DNA of 32,000 nt from Vibrio alginolyticus NBRC 15630 = ATCC 17749 (GTDB lineage Bacteria; Pseudomonadota; Gammaproteobacteria; Enterobacterales; Vibrionaceae), in the NCBI RefSeq assembly GCF_000354175.2, contig NC_022359.1, forward strand, positions 1,740,001 through 1,772,000. The letters are read 5' to 3'. The notes under the pieces were generated by a model that saw only the letters and a program-made list of their open reading frames with translations, was not told the origin of the DNA and made no database searches. A program made the translations under genes and the position numbers. Positions 17,326 through 25,886 of the stretch are shown here, in pieces. Within the stretch, counting starts at the first letter, position 1, and each line of letters starts with the position of its first letter.

Positions 17326-18717
17326 ATGGATATCAAACCATACCGCTTAGCTGCACCTATTTTTATGGTGGCTCTGGTCGCTGCGCCAACCTTGGTTAAC
17401 GCCGCAGGTAAAGAGACGCACGCAGCGCAAAATTCCGCATCAAGTGAGCGAGCTTCAACGACCAAGCTTGCCCAACTGATCAACGTCGCTTTGAGTAACG
17501 ATGGCAATCGTAAGCAATACTCAGCGCAATCTGCTGCCATGCGTGAAACGGGCGTCGCGAGTGCGACCTTGATGGACCCAAAACTAAAAGTAGGTTTTGG
17601 TGGCTTGCCTGTCGACAGCTTCAAATTCGATGAAGACCCAATGACCAACATCTCCGTTGGTTTAATGCAACAGTTTGAGCGTGGCTCTACGCTTGATTTA
17701 CAGCAGAAGAAAGCCAATCAACAAGCCGACGGCCTTGGGCTTCAAGTGCATGCTCGTGAGCTTGAGGTAGCCAACAGCATGACTCAACTTTGGTTAGAAC
17801 TTGGTTACCAGCAACGCGCTGAGCAAATCATGCTTGAGAACCGCAAGTTGATGAAGGAGATGGAAAGCTTTATTCAAACCAACTATTCGATTGGTAAGAG
17901 TGAAGCGCAAGATCTGCTTAACGCCCAACTTCAAGTCAGCAAGTTGGATGAGAAACTGCAAGCCAACGCACAAATGCAACGTCGTCTTATCTCTCAACTC
18001 TCCGAATGGTTGGGGTCAGATTGGTTGGCAAACGAACAGGCTCTGCACGCGAGCAATCAATTGAACTGGGACACACTGAACAGCAAACTTGCTGCGAGTC
18101 AGAATTCTACCAAGCATTATCAACAACTCAGCCAACACCCGATGGTTAAGATGGCCGACGTCAGTATTTCTGCCAATAAAACGCAGGTGGAAATTGCTAA
18201 GCAAGCCTACAACCCACAATTTGGCGTCGAAGTAATGTACGCCTACCGCCAAGCCGACAACATGATGGGTGAGCCCGCCTCTGATTTGGTCAGCGCTTAC
18301 CTCACCATGGACATTCCGCTGTTCACAGGTGACCGCCAAGATCGCAATCTTGCTGCCGCTCAATACCAAGTTGGCGCGGCACAATCGCAAAAAGACACCT
18401 TACTAACGCAGATGAATGCCAAGGTGAACACTTTGCTGGTTGATCGCGGCAACTTAACCCAACGCTTAGAACGTTATCAATCCACCTTATTGCCTCAAGC
18501 GAAAGCGCGCATTCAAGCCGTTGAGCGAGGTTATCAAAACAACACAGCGCAGTTTAACGATGTGATTTCTGCCACCACAGACGAGTTGGCTCTGCAATTA
18601 GAGCAACAACGTCTGCTGACCGATCTCAACATCGCAAACAGCAATTTAGCCACCCTACTCGGTGGTTTCGACTACCAAGTGGCTTCACCGGAAGCTCGCT
18701 CTATTTCGACATATTAA
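17326..18717 (+). CDS. cusC: TolC/CusC-family outer-membrane efflux factor
   Basis: 463 aa with signal peptide ...PTLVNA-AG. Two repeated OEP halves with long coiled-coil segments. Located directly upstream of cusBA. The signal has no lipobox Cys, unlike E. coli CusC. Confidence 0.87.
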   Translation: MDIKPYRLAAPIFMVALVAAPTLVNAAGKETHAAQNSASSERASTTKLAQLINVALSNDGNRKQYSAQSAAMRETGVASATLMDPKLKVGFGGLPVDSFKFDEDPMTNISVGLMQQFERGSTLDLQQKKANQQADGLGLQVHARELEVANSMTQLWLELGYQQRAEQIMLENRKLMKEMESFIQTNYSIGKSEAQDLLNAQLQVSKLDEKLQANAQMQRRLISQLSEWLGSDWLANEQALHASNQLNWDTLNSKLAASQNSTKHYQQLSQHPMVKMADVSISANKTQVEIAKQAYNPQFGVEVMYAYRQADNMMGEPASDLVSAYLTMDIPLFTGDRQDRNLAAAQYQVGAAQSQKDTLLTQMNAKVNTLLVDRGNLTQRLERYQSTLLPQAKARIQAVERGYQNNTAQFNDVISATTDELALQLEQQRLLTDLNIANSNLATLLGGFDYQVASPEARSISTY

Positions 18718-18881
18718 TTTGTGATTCCCCAAGACAGTTGGGGCTACAGCTAGGCGGCAAACGAGAGAATCCCATGAGCACTTTCCCTAACAAACTAAGG
18801 GATCCTCTATGTGATTTGGGTGAACGAGAGCAGGCAACAACGCTGTAGCGTCAAATGTGAAGGGGAAAATAAGGTAAAACA
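18718..18881 (+). other. Structured 164-nt spacer between cusC and cusB
   Basis: Hairpin ccccaa-gacag-ttgggg (18727-18743). Outer 8-bp pair gctacagc (18743-18750) / gctgtagc (18842-18849). Inner 9-bp pair with one mismatch, gagaatccc (18765-18773) / gggatcctc (18799-18807). Direct repeat aacgagag at 18760 and 18823. Confidence 0.45.
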
Positions 18882-20600
18882 ATGAAAACATTAAAAATTG
18901 CAACTATCGCGCTGATTGTTGGTGGTGCTTTAGGGTTTGGTGCTAATCATTTTCTTGCGGGCTCGACTCACGACATGAGTGCGATGGGTGGCGAATCTGC
19001 TGCAAGCTCTAATGATCCGCTTTACTGGGTTGCCCCAATGGATCCGAATTACAAACGCGACAAGCCGGGTAAATCCCCAATGGGCATGGATTTGATTCCG
19101 GTTTACGCAGAAGACCTATCCGGCGAACAGGACGCACCTGGTACGGTGACTATTGACCCTTCAGTAGAAAACAACCTCGGGGTTAAAACCGCAAACGCGA
19201 CACTGCAACAGCTATCACCACGCATCGAAACGGTTGGCTATATTGCCTTTGATGAAAGTCTGTTATGGCAAACCAACGTTCGTGTGGCGGGTTGGGTAGA
19301 AAAACTCTACATCAATGCCGTGGGCGAGAAAGTGAAGAAAGGCGATGTGCTTTTCACGCTTTACTCTCCAGAACTGGTTAAAGCACAAGAAGAATTGCTG
19401 AATGCGTACCGCACTGGCCGCAAAGGTCTTGTAAAAGGCGCGACCGAACGCTTGGTAACGCTTGGTGTTGACCGCGCTCAAATCAAATCCATTACTCGTA
19501 GTGGTAAAGCATCGCAAACCATTGAAATCAAAGCGCCTGCTGATGGCGTTATCGCGAGCTTAAACGTGCGTGAAGGTGGCTATTTGTCTCCTGCTCAAGC
19601 GGTGATCAGTGCAGGTCCTTTGGACAATGTATGGGTTGATGCGGAAGTCTTTGAGCGTCAAGCGCACTGGATGAAAGCGGGTTCTCAAGCCACGATGACC
19701 CTTGACGCGATTCCGGGCAATGAATGGCAAGGTGTCGTAGATTACGTGTACCCAATCCTCGATCCGAAAACACGTACGTTGCGTGTGCGCCTTAAATTCC
19801 CTAACCCAGATGGCGCATTGAAGCCAAACATGTTCGCCAATATTGCCTTGCAGCCTGTTACTGACCACGCAGTATTAACGATTCCTAAATCATCTGTTAT
19901 TCGCTCTGGCGGTATGACTCGCGTTGTTCTGGCTGAGGGCGAAGGCAAATACCGCTCAGCTCGAATTGAAGTTGGCCGTGAAGCTGGCGAACAAATCGAA
20001 GTATTACAAGGACTTAAACAAGGCGATAAGATCGTTACTTCATCTCACTTCATGCTCGATTCTGAATCAAGCCAGTCGGCGGATCTGTCTCGCATCAATG
20101 GTGTAGAAGCAGCGGCAGAAACGGCATGGGCCAAAGGTGAGATCACGGATGTGATGAAAGATCACCGCATGCTGACCATCAACCACCAGCCTGTACCAGA
20201 ATGGGATTGGCCGGGCATGGTAATGAACTTCACTTTCGCAGATGGCGTTGAAATGGGTGACTTGAAAAAAGGTCAGGCTATCGAATTTGAAATGCAAAAG
20301 ACGGAGTCCGGTCAGTACCAAATCATCGACTATAAGGCAGACAACAGCGTCATTGCCGCAGAAGTTTGGCTAACTGGTGACATTAGCATGCTGATGACTG
20401 ATTTTGGCATGATCACCTTAAACCACCTACCGGTTGCAGAATGGAACTGGGATGCTGGCGAGATGAACTTCTCTGTGGGTGAAGATGTTGATCTATCGGG
20501 TTTTGAAGAAGGACAGAAAGTTCGGTTTCTAGTTGAAAAACAAGGATCTGACTATGTTCTTAAACAGCTAGTTCCTGCAACAATAGCCGTCGAGGGTTAA
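18882..20600 (+). CDS. cusB: CusB-family membrane fusion protein with two C-terminal CusF-like domains
   Basis: N-terminal Met-rich metal site (YWVAPMDPNYKRDKPGKSPMGMDLIPVY). HlyD-type barrel-sandwich and beta-barrel core. Then two about 70-aa repeats carrying the CusF motif (LTINHQPVPEWDWPGMVMNF and ITLNHLPVAEWNWDAGEMNF). Confidence 0.9.
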   Translation: MKTLKIATIALIVGGALGFGANHFLAGSTHDMSAMGGESAASSNDPLYWVAPMDPNYKRDKPGKSPMGMDLIPVYAEDLSGEQDAPGTVTIDPSVENNLGVKTANATLQQLSPRIETVGYIAFDESLLWQTNVRVAGWVEKLYINAVGEKVKKGDVLFTLYSPELVKAQEELLNAYRTGRKGLVKGATERLVTLGVDRAQIKSITRSGKASQTIEIKAPADGVIASLNVREGGYLSPAQAVISAGPLDNVWVDAEVFERQAHWMKAGSQATMTLDAIPGNEWQGVVDYVYPILDPKTRTLRVRLKFPNPDGALKPNMFANIALQPVTDHAVLTIPKSSVIRSGGMTRVVLAEGEGKYRSARIEVGREAGEQIEVLQGLKQGDKIVTSSHFMLDSESSQSADLSRINGVEAAAETAWAKGEITDVMKDHRMLTINHQPVPEWDWPGMVMNFTFADGVEMGDLKKGQAIEFEMQKTESGQYQIIDYKADNSVIAAEVWLTGDISMLMTDFGMITLNHLPVAEWNWDAGEMNFSVGEDVDLSGFEEGQKVRFLVEKQGSDYVLKQLVPATIAVEG

Positions 20601-20602
20601 TT

Positions 20603-23600
20603 ATGATCAATGCAATTATTCGTTGGTCACTGAGCAACCGATTCCTAGTGTTGGTCGCGACCTTAGCCCTTGTATTAGGCGGACTTTACAGTGTAAAGAA
20701 TACGCCTGTTGATGCGATTCCGGATCTTTCTGATGTGCAAGTGATCATCAAGACAAGCTATCCGGGTCAGGCTCCTCAAGTCGTCGAGGATCAAGTCACT
20801 TACCCACTCACCACCGCCATGCTTGCCGTGCCAGGCGCTGAGACAGTTCGTGGCTACTCCTTCTTTGGTGACTCTTACGTTTATATCATTTTCAACGATG
20901 ATACCGACATGTACTGGGCACGTTCACGCGTGTTGGAGTACTTAAGCCAAGTAGCACCAAAGCTGCCACCGAACGCAAAACCAACGCTAGGTCCTGATGC
21001 AACGGGTGTGGGCTGGGTTTACAGCTACGTATTACAGGACAAAACCGGCAAGCATGATTTGGCGGATCTTCGCAGCCTGCAAGACTGGTTCTTGAAATAC
21101 GAATTGCAAACCGTGGATGGCGTTTCTGAAGTCGCGACCGTGGGCGGTATGGTGAAGCAGTATCAAGTGCAGATTGATCCTGCCAAGCTGCGTGCGTACA
21201 ACCTCACTTTGCAACAAGTGAACATGGCAATCCAAAACGGCAACCAAGAAACCGGCGCGTCCGTTATCGAAGTTGCGGAAGCCGAACACATGGTTCGTAC
21301 CACGGGTTACCTAACCAGCATTGAAGACATCAAGTCACTGCCGCTAAAAGTCACTGAGAAAGGCACGCCGTTGCTATTAGGTGATATCGCAGACATTAAC
21401 CTTGGTCCACAAATGCGCCGTGGTATCTCAGAGCTGAATGGCGAAGGTGAAGCGGTCGGTGGCGTTATCGTGATGCGCTTTGGTGAAAACGCCAGTGAAG
21501 TGATTGCGAAAGTCAAAGACAAACTCGCAGACCTACAACGCAGCCTGCCAGAAGGCGTGGAAATTGTGGCAACCTACGACCGCTCTACCCTTATCGATTC
21601 AGCGGTAGAAAACCTATGGAAGAAGCTTGCAGAAGAGTTCATCGTCGTTGCGATTGTGTGTGCGTTGTTCCTATTCCACATTCGTTCTTCGTTGGTTATC
21701 GCTCTGAGCCTACCGGTTGGTATTCTTAGTGCGTTTATCGTAATGCATTGGCAAGGCATCAATGCCAACATCATGTCTTTGGGTGGTATTGCGATTGCCA
21801 TCGGTGCCATGGTGGATGGTGCAATCGTGATGATTGAAAACGTTCACAAGCACATTGAACGAACGCCACTGACCGATAAAAACCGCTGGCAAGTGATTGG
21901 TAAAGCCGCAGAAGAGGTTGGCGCACCGCTGTTCTTCTCGTTGCTGATCATCACTCTTAGCTTCGTACCGGTGTTCGCCTTAGAAGGCCAAGAAGGCAAG
22001 ATGTTCTCGCCACTTGCCTTCACTAAGACGTACGCCATGGCAGCGGCAGCAGGTTTGGCAATCACGCTCGTGCCTGTGCTTATGGGCTACTTCATTCGCG
22101 GTAAGGTGTTACCGGAGCACAAAAACCCAGTTAACCGTGGCTTGGTCGCATTATACCGTCCGCTGTTGAACACCAGCTTAAAATACCCTAAGACCATGAT
22201 TGTTATCGCATTAGGTCTGATGGCATCGGCTTACTACCCAACCAGTAAACTGGGTAGCGAGTTCATCCCGCCGCTGGATGAAGGCGACTTGATGTACATG
22301 CCAACGACCTATCCGGGTATCTCAATTGGTAAGGCGCGTGAGCTTCTACAGCAAACCAACAAACTGATCAAAACCGTTCCAGAGGTGAAAACCGTATGGG
22401 GCAAGATTGGCCGAGCTGAGACCGCAACCGATCCAGCGCCACTCACCATGATTGAAACCGTGATTCAGTTGAAGCCACGCGATCAATGGCGTGAAGGGGT
22501 AACAACCGAGTCACTGCGCAAAGAGTTCGACAAGCTGGTTCAGTTCCCTGGTCTTACTAACGCTTGGGTAATGCCGATCAAAACGCGTATCGACATGCTG
22601 GCAACGGGCATCAAAACCCCTATCGGCATTAAGATCGCCGGACCTGACCTGAAAGTGATTGAGAAGATCGGTTCTCAGTTGGAGCCAATTCTTAATGGCG
22701 TACAAGGCACCGCATCGGTTTACGCTGAGCGTGTAGCAGGTGGTCGTTATGTCACGATCGACATTAAACGTCGTGCCGCAGCGCGTTATGGCTTAAGCAT
22801 CAAAGACGTTCAGCAAGTGATCTCCACTGCGGTGGGTGGCATGAATGTGGGTGAAACCATTGAAGGCTTGGAGCGTTACCCAATCAACGTTCGTTACCCA
22901 CAAGACTACCGTGATTCAGTGGTTAAACTGCAAAACCTACCTTTGGTGACACCAAATGGCGCCCGTATTGCGCTGGCTGATGTAGCGGACATTCGTTACG
23001 AAGACGGCCCTCCGATGATCAAAACGGAAAACGCGCGTCCAAACGGCTGGGTATTTGTCGACATCGATGGTCGTGACCTTGGCTCTTACGTCGTAGAAGC
23101 GCAACAGGTTGTTGCTGATCAATTGGAACTTCCTGCGGGTTACTCGCTGGCTTGGTCTGGTCAATACGAATACATGGAGCGTGCGAAAGACCGCTTGAGT
23201 GTCGTGGTACCAATCACCATCGCCATCATTATGCTACTGCTTTACTTCAGCTTCCGTCGCGTTGGCGAAGTGATGATCATCATGCTTACCCTACCGCTCG
23301 CTATGGTCGGTGGTTTATGGCTCATGCATATCCTCAACTACAACTTCTCGATTGCCGTTGGGGTCGGCTTTATTGCCCTAGCAGGCGTCGCGGTTGAAAT
23401 TGGGGTCATCATGCTCGTCTACCTCAACCAAGCATGGCACTACAAAAAGCTGGATGCGGAAGAGAGCCAACAGAAGCTTGAAGCGAAAGACCTAACTGAT
23501 GCCATTCGTGAAGGTGCAGGCCTGCGTGTTCGCCCAGTAATGATGACGGTACTGACGGTCATTATTGGTCTGATTCCGATCATGTACGGCGAAGGTACAG

Positions 23601-23782
23601 GATCAGAAGTAATGCAACGTATCGCCGCGCCAATGATTGGCGGTATGGCATCGGCACTGCTGCTGACACTGTTGGTACTTCCAGCCATCTTCAAGCTGTG
23701 GAAACAACGCGAGTTGCGCCAAAGCAATGCAACTAATCACCAAGCTGGCACACAAGCTAGTGATGTAAACAACAACGCTTAA
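20603..23782 (+). CDS. cusA: CusA-type heavy-metal efflux RND permease (HME family)
   Basis: 1059 aa with 12-TM RND topology. CusA-like motifs AWVMPIKTRIDMLATGIKTPIGIK and GAMVDGAIVMIENV. Starts 2 nt after the cusB stop. Confidence 0.95.
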   Translation: MINAIIRWSLSNRFLVLVATLALVLGGLYSVKNTPVDAIPDLSDVQVIIKTSYPGQAPQVVEDQVTYPLTTAMLAVPGAETVRGYSFFGDSYVYIIFNDDTDMYWARSRVLEYLSQVAPKLPPNAKPTLGPDATGVGWVYSYVLQDKTGKHDLADLRSLQDWFLKYELQTVDGVSEVATVGGMVKQYQVQIDPAKLRAYNLTLQQVNMAIQNGNQETGASVIEVAEAEHMVRTTGYLTSIEDIKSLPLKVTEKGTPLLLGDIADINLGPQMRRGISELNGEGEAVGGVIVMRFGENASEVIAKVKDKLADLQRSLPEGVEIVATYDRSTLIDSAVENLWKKLAEEFIVVAIVCALFLFHIRSSLVIALSLPVGILSAFIVMHWQGINANIMSLGGIAIAIGAMVDGAIVMIENVHKHIERTPLTDKNRWQVIGKAAEEVGAPLFFSLLIITLSFVPVFALEGQEGKMFSPLAFTKTYAMAAAAGLAITLVPVLMGYFIRGKVLPEHKNPVNRGLVALYRPLLNTSLKYPKTMIVIALGLMASAYYPTSKLGSEFIPPLDEGDLMYMPTTYPGISIGKARELLQQTNKLIKTVPEVKTVWGKIGRAETATDPAPLTMIETVIQLKPRDQWREGVTTESLRKEFDKLVQFPGLTNAWVMPIKTRIDMLATGIKTPIGIKIAGPDLKVIEKIGSQLEPILNGVQGTASVYAERVAGGRYVTIDIKRRAAARYGLSIKDVQQVISTAVGGMNVGETIEGLERYPINVRYPQDYRDSVVKLQNLPLVTPNGARIALADVADIRYEDGPPMIKTENARPNGWVFVDIDGRDLGSYVVEAQQVVADQLELPAGYSLAWSGQYEYMERAKDRLSVVVPITIAIIMLLLYFSFRRVGEVMIIMLTLPLAMVGGLWLMHILNYNFSIAVGVGFIALAGVAVEIGVIMLVYLNQAWHYKKLDAEESQQKLEAKDLTDAIREGAGLRVRPVMMTVLTVIIGLIPIMYGEGTGSEVMQRIAAPMIGGMASALLLTLLVLPAIFKLWKQRELRQSNATNHQAGTQASDVNNNA

Positions 23783-23853
23783 TCCCTACCTTTCCCTCAA
23801 ACATGTCGTTTTGAGGGGAAGCAACCAAGTTATTAATGAATTAAAACAAGGAT

Positions 23854-24426
23854 ATGAAAATGAAAAAGACACTAATCACGCTTGCTCTAGCTCTAACAAC
23901 AACGACTGCGTTTGCCCAAATGGATCATTCAAACATGGACCACGCAAACATGGATCATAGCAACATGAAGCATGAAAATATGGACCACGGCAGCATGAAG
24001 ATGGACCACAGTAAAATGGACCATTCAAATATGATGGATATGCCGGGCATGTCGGCAGTAGGTATGCCAGCGAAAGGGGCAAAGCCAGACAAGGTGGTAC
24101 ACGTAATCTTGGGTGATGACATGACCATCAAGTTCAAGAAAGACGTCAAGATTGAGCCAAACGATGTGGTGCAGTTTGTAGTCATGAACACAGGTAAGAT
24201 CAACCACGAGTTCACGATTGGTTCTGCCAAAGAGCAGTTAGAACATCGCGAAATGATGAAGACAATGAGCGGCGATCACATGCATGACTCAGGCAACGCA
24301 GTTACGGTAGAACCAGGTAAAGCGAAGCAATTACTGTGGCACTTCCACGGTGACAACAAGGTTGAGTTCGCGTGCAACATTCCGGGCCATGCAGAATCGG
24401 GCATGGTTAAAAAGATTGAACTGTAA
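23854..24426 (+). CDS. Periplasmic cupredoxin (CopI-like) with N-terminal His/Met repeat tract
   Basis: Signal peptide ...TAFA-Q. Repeats (MDHSN)n. Type-1 Cu ligand pattern H (KINHEF) ... C-x4-H-x4-M (FACNIPGHAESGM). Confidence 0.85.
   Translation: MKMKKTLITLALALTTTTAFAQMDHSNMDHANMDHSNMKHENMDHGSMKMDHSKMDHSNMMDMPGMSAVGMPAKGAKPDKVVHVILGDDMTIKFKKDVKIEPNDVVQFVVMNTGKINHEFTIGSAKEQLEHREMMKTMSGDHMHDSGNAVTVEPGKAKQLLWHFHGDNKVEFACNIPGHAESGMVKKIEL
23920..24030 (+). repeat. In-frame 15-nt tandem repeat encoding MDHSN-like pentapeptides (about 7 units)
   Basis: MDHSN MDHAN MDHSN MKHEN MDHGS MK-MDHSK MDHSN, followed by MMDMPGMSAVGMP. Confidence 0.85.
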
Positions 24427-24445
24427 GTAATTATCCAACTAGACA

Positions 24446-24476
24446 AAGGAGCTGATGATTCAGCTCCTTTTATTTC
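24446..24476 (+). terminator. Rho-independent terminator ending the copper cluster
   Basis: aaggagctg-atgatt-cagctcctt followed by ttatttc, 20 nt after the stop. Confidence 0.8.
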
Positions 24477-24752
24477 TCTGGATCAAACTATTCGTTAGCT
24501 CATGATAAGAAATTCTGAGCCAGTGTCTCACGCTAAGATATTTTTATGACCGAATCACCGACGTAATATATAAGCCAAACTACAGGCCTTGATAGCAACA
24601 CTCTTCTCCCCATATTGAGACCGTTTAAGCGTATTGCAAAGAATCCTACATAAAATAGACATAGATTTAACAGTGTTTAGAGTATTGGCTCGTTATAGTT
24701 TACGTGACATCGCTACGGTGCGAACTAAAACTAAAATTGAAGAACACGATCC

Positions 24753-25604
24753 ATGAAAAAGTTATTTTTGTTGGCTGGGCTAATGGTTTGCTCAACCCTA
24801 AGTTACGCGTCCCAACTGAATGAGGACATTTCTCTCCTCGAGCAACAAACCTCAAGCAGAATTGGGGTGTCAGTTTGGGATACCCAAGCAGACGAGCGTT
24901 GGGATTACCGTGGCGATGAACGCTTCCCACTCATGAGCACATTCAAAACCCTAGCTTGTGCCAAAATGCTAAGTGATATGGACAGCGGTAAGCTAAGTAA
25001 AAATGCGACCGCAAAAGTCGATGAGCGCAGTATCGTTGTATGGTCTCCAGTGATGGATAAGCTCGCAGGCCAAAACACACGCATAGAGCACGCGTGTGAA
25101 GCCGCTATGTTAATGAGTGATAATACTGCAGCCAACTTGGTATTAAATGAAATTGGCGGCCCTAAAGCCGTAACAATGTTTCTGCGAACAATTGGAGATA
25201 AAGCAACGCGCCTAGACAGAATAGAACCTCGCTTGAACGAAGCCACACCAGGCGACAGCCGCGATACAACCACACCTAACGCCATACTAAACACTCTGCG
25301 AACCTTGATCGAAGGCGAAACGTTGTCTTATGAGTCTCGTGTACAATTAAAAATCTGGATGCAAGACAACAAAGTTTCAGACTCGTTAATGCGTTCTGTA
25401 TTACCAACAGGTTGGTCTATTGCAGACCGTTCTGGTGCGGGTGGTCATGGTTCGCGTGGCATTAACGCGATTATATGGAAGGAAAATCATCGACCTGTTT
25501 ACATTAGTATTTATGTCACAGAAACCGAGCTCTCACTTCAAGCTAGGGACCAGCTCGTTGCGCAGATAAGTCAGTTGATTTTACAAAAGTACAAAGACAA
25601 TTAA
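24753..25604 (+). CDS. blaCARB: Class A beta-lactamase, CARB (carbenicillinase) type
   Basis: 283 aa. S-x-x-K (MSTFK), SDN, E166 loop (EPRLNEA), and RSG in place of KTG (ADRSGAG), which is the CARB/PSE hallmark. Closely colinear with my recollection of the Vibrio CARB-17 family sequence. Confidence 0.95.
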   Translation: MKKLFLLAGLMVCSTLSYASQLNEDISLLEQQTSSRIGVSVWDTQADERWDYRGDERFPLMSTFKTLACAKMLSDMDSGKLSKNATAKVDERSIVVWSPVMDKLAGQNTRIEHACEAAMLMSDNTAANLVLNEIGGPKAVTMFLRTIGDKATRLDRIEPRLNEATPGDSRDTTTPNAILNTLRTLIEGETLSYESRVQLKIWMQDNKVSDSLMRSVLPTGWSIADRSGAGGHGSRGINAIIWKENHRPVYISIYVTETELSLQARDQLVAQISQLILQKYKDN

Positions 25605-25640
25605 GTCTCTACTCACCTGACCCCATTTGTATCCTTTTCT

Positions 25641-25663
25641 AGCCCTTCTCTTCCAGAAGGGCT
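25641..25663 (+). terminator. Hairpin downstream of blaCARB (no T-run)
   Basis: agcccttct-cttcc-agaagggct, a 9-bp perfect stem 37 nt after the stop. Confidence 0.4.
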
Positions 25664-25886
25664 CATTCTGTACTTCCATCTTAAAAACATCACTTATTGA
25701 GTAATGACTTACTTATAAATAGGTATAAGATTTACTTATTTAGGGTGAGTTAACGCCCACATTAAGCAACCAAATGCACACAAACGGCGATAATTAAACC
25801 ATACTCTTACCAAGAAGCACATTTTCTACAAAATAGCTTCACGTAATTTATTGTTGGTATTTGCAACATTGCCAAGGAGATGTCTA

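Noticed and set aside
18774-18848. 24-codon ORF (MSTFPNKLRDPLCDLGEREQATTL) in the cusC-cusB spacer
   Set aside because: The SD is weak. The frame coincides with the arms of the inverted repeats, so the structure explains the sequence better. It shows no CusF-like motif.
19263-23727. Antisense ORFs within cusB and cusA (for example 19560-19868, 21032-21289, 23440-23727)
   Set aside because: These are shadow ORFs opposite strongly supported genes, with no independent signals.
23920-24030. Regularly spaced 15-nt repeats as a possible CRISPR-like or non-coding array
   Set aside because: The repeats are contiguous with no spacers and in frame within a CDS. They encode the MDHSN metal-binding pentapeptide.
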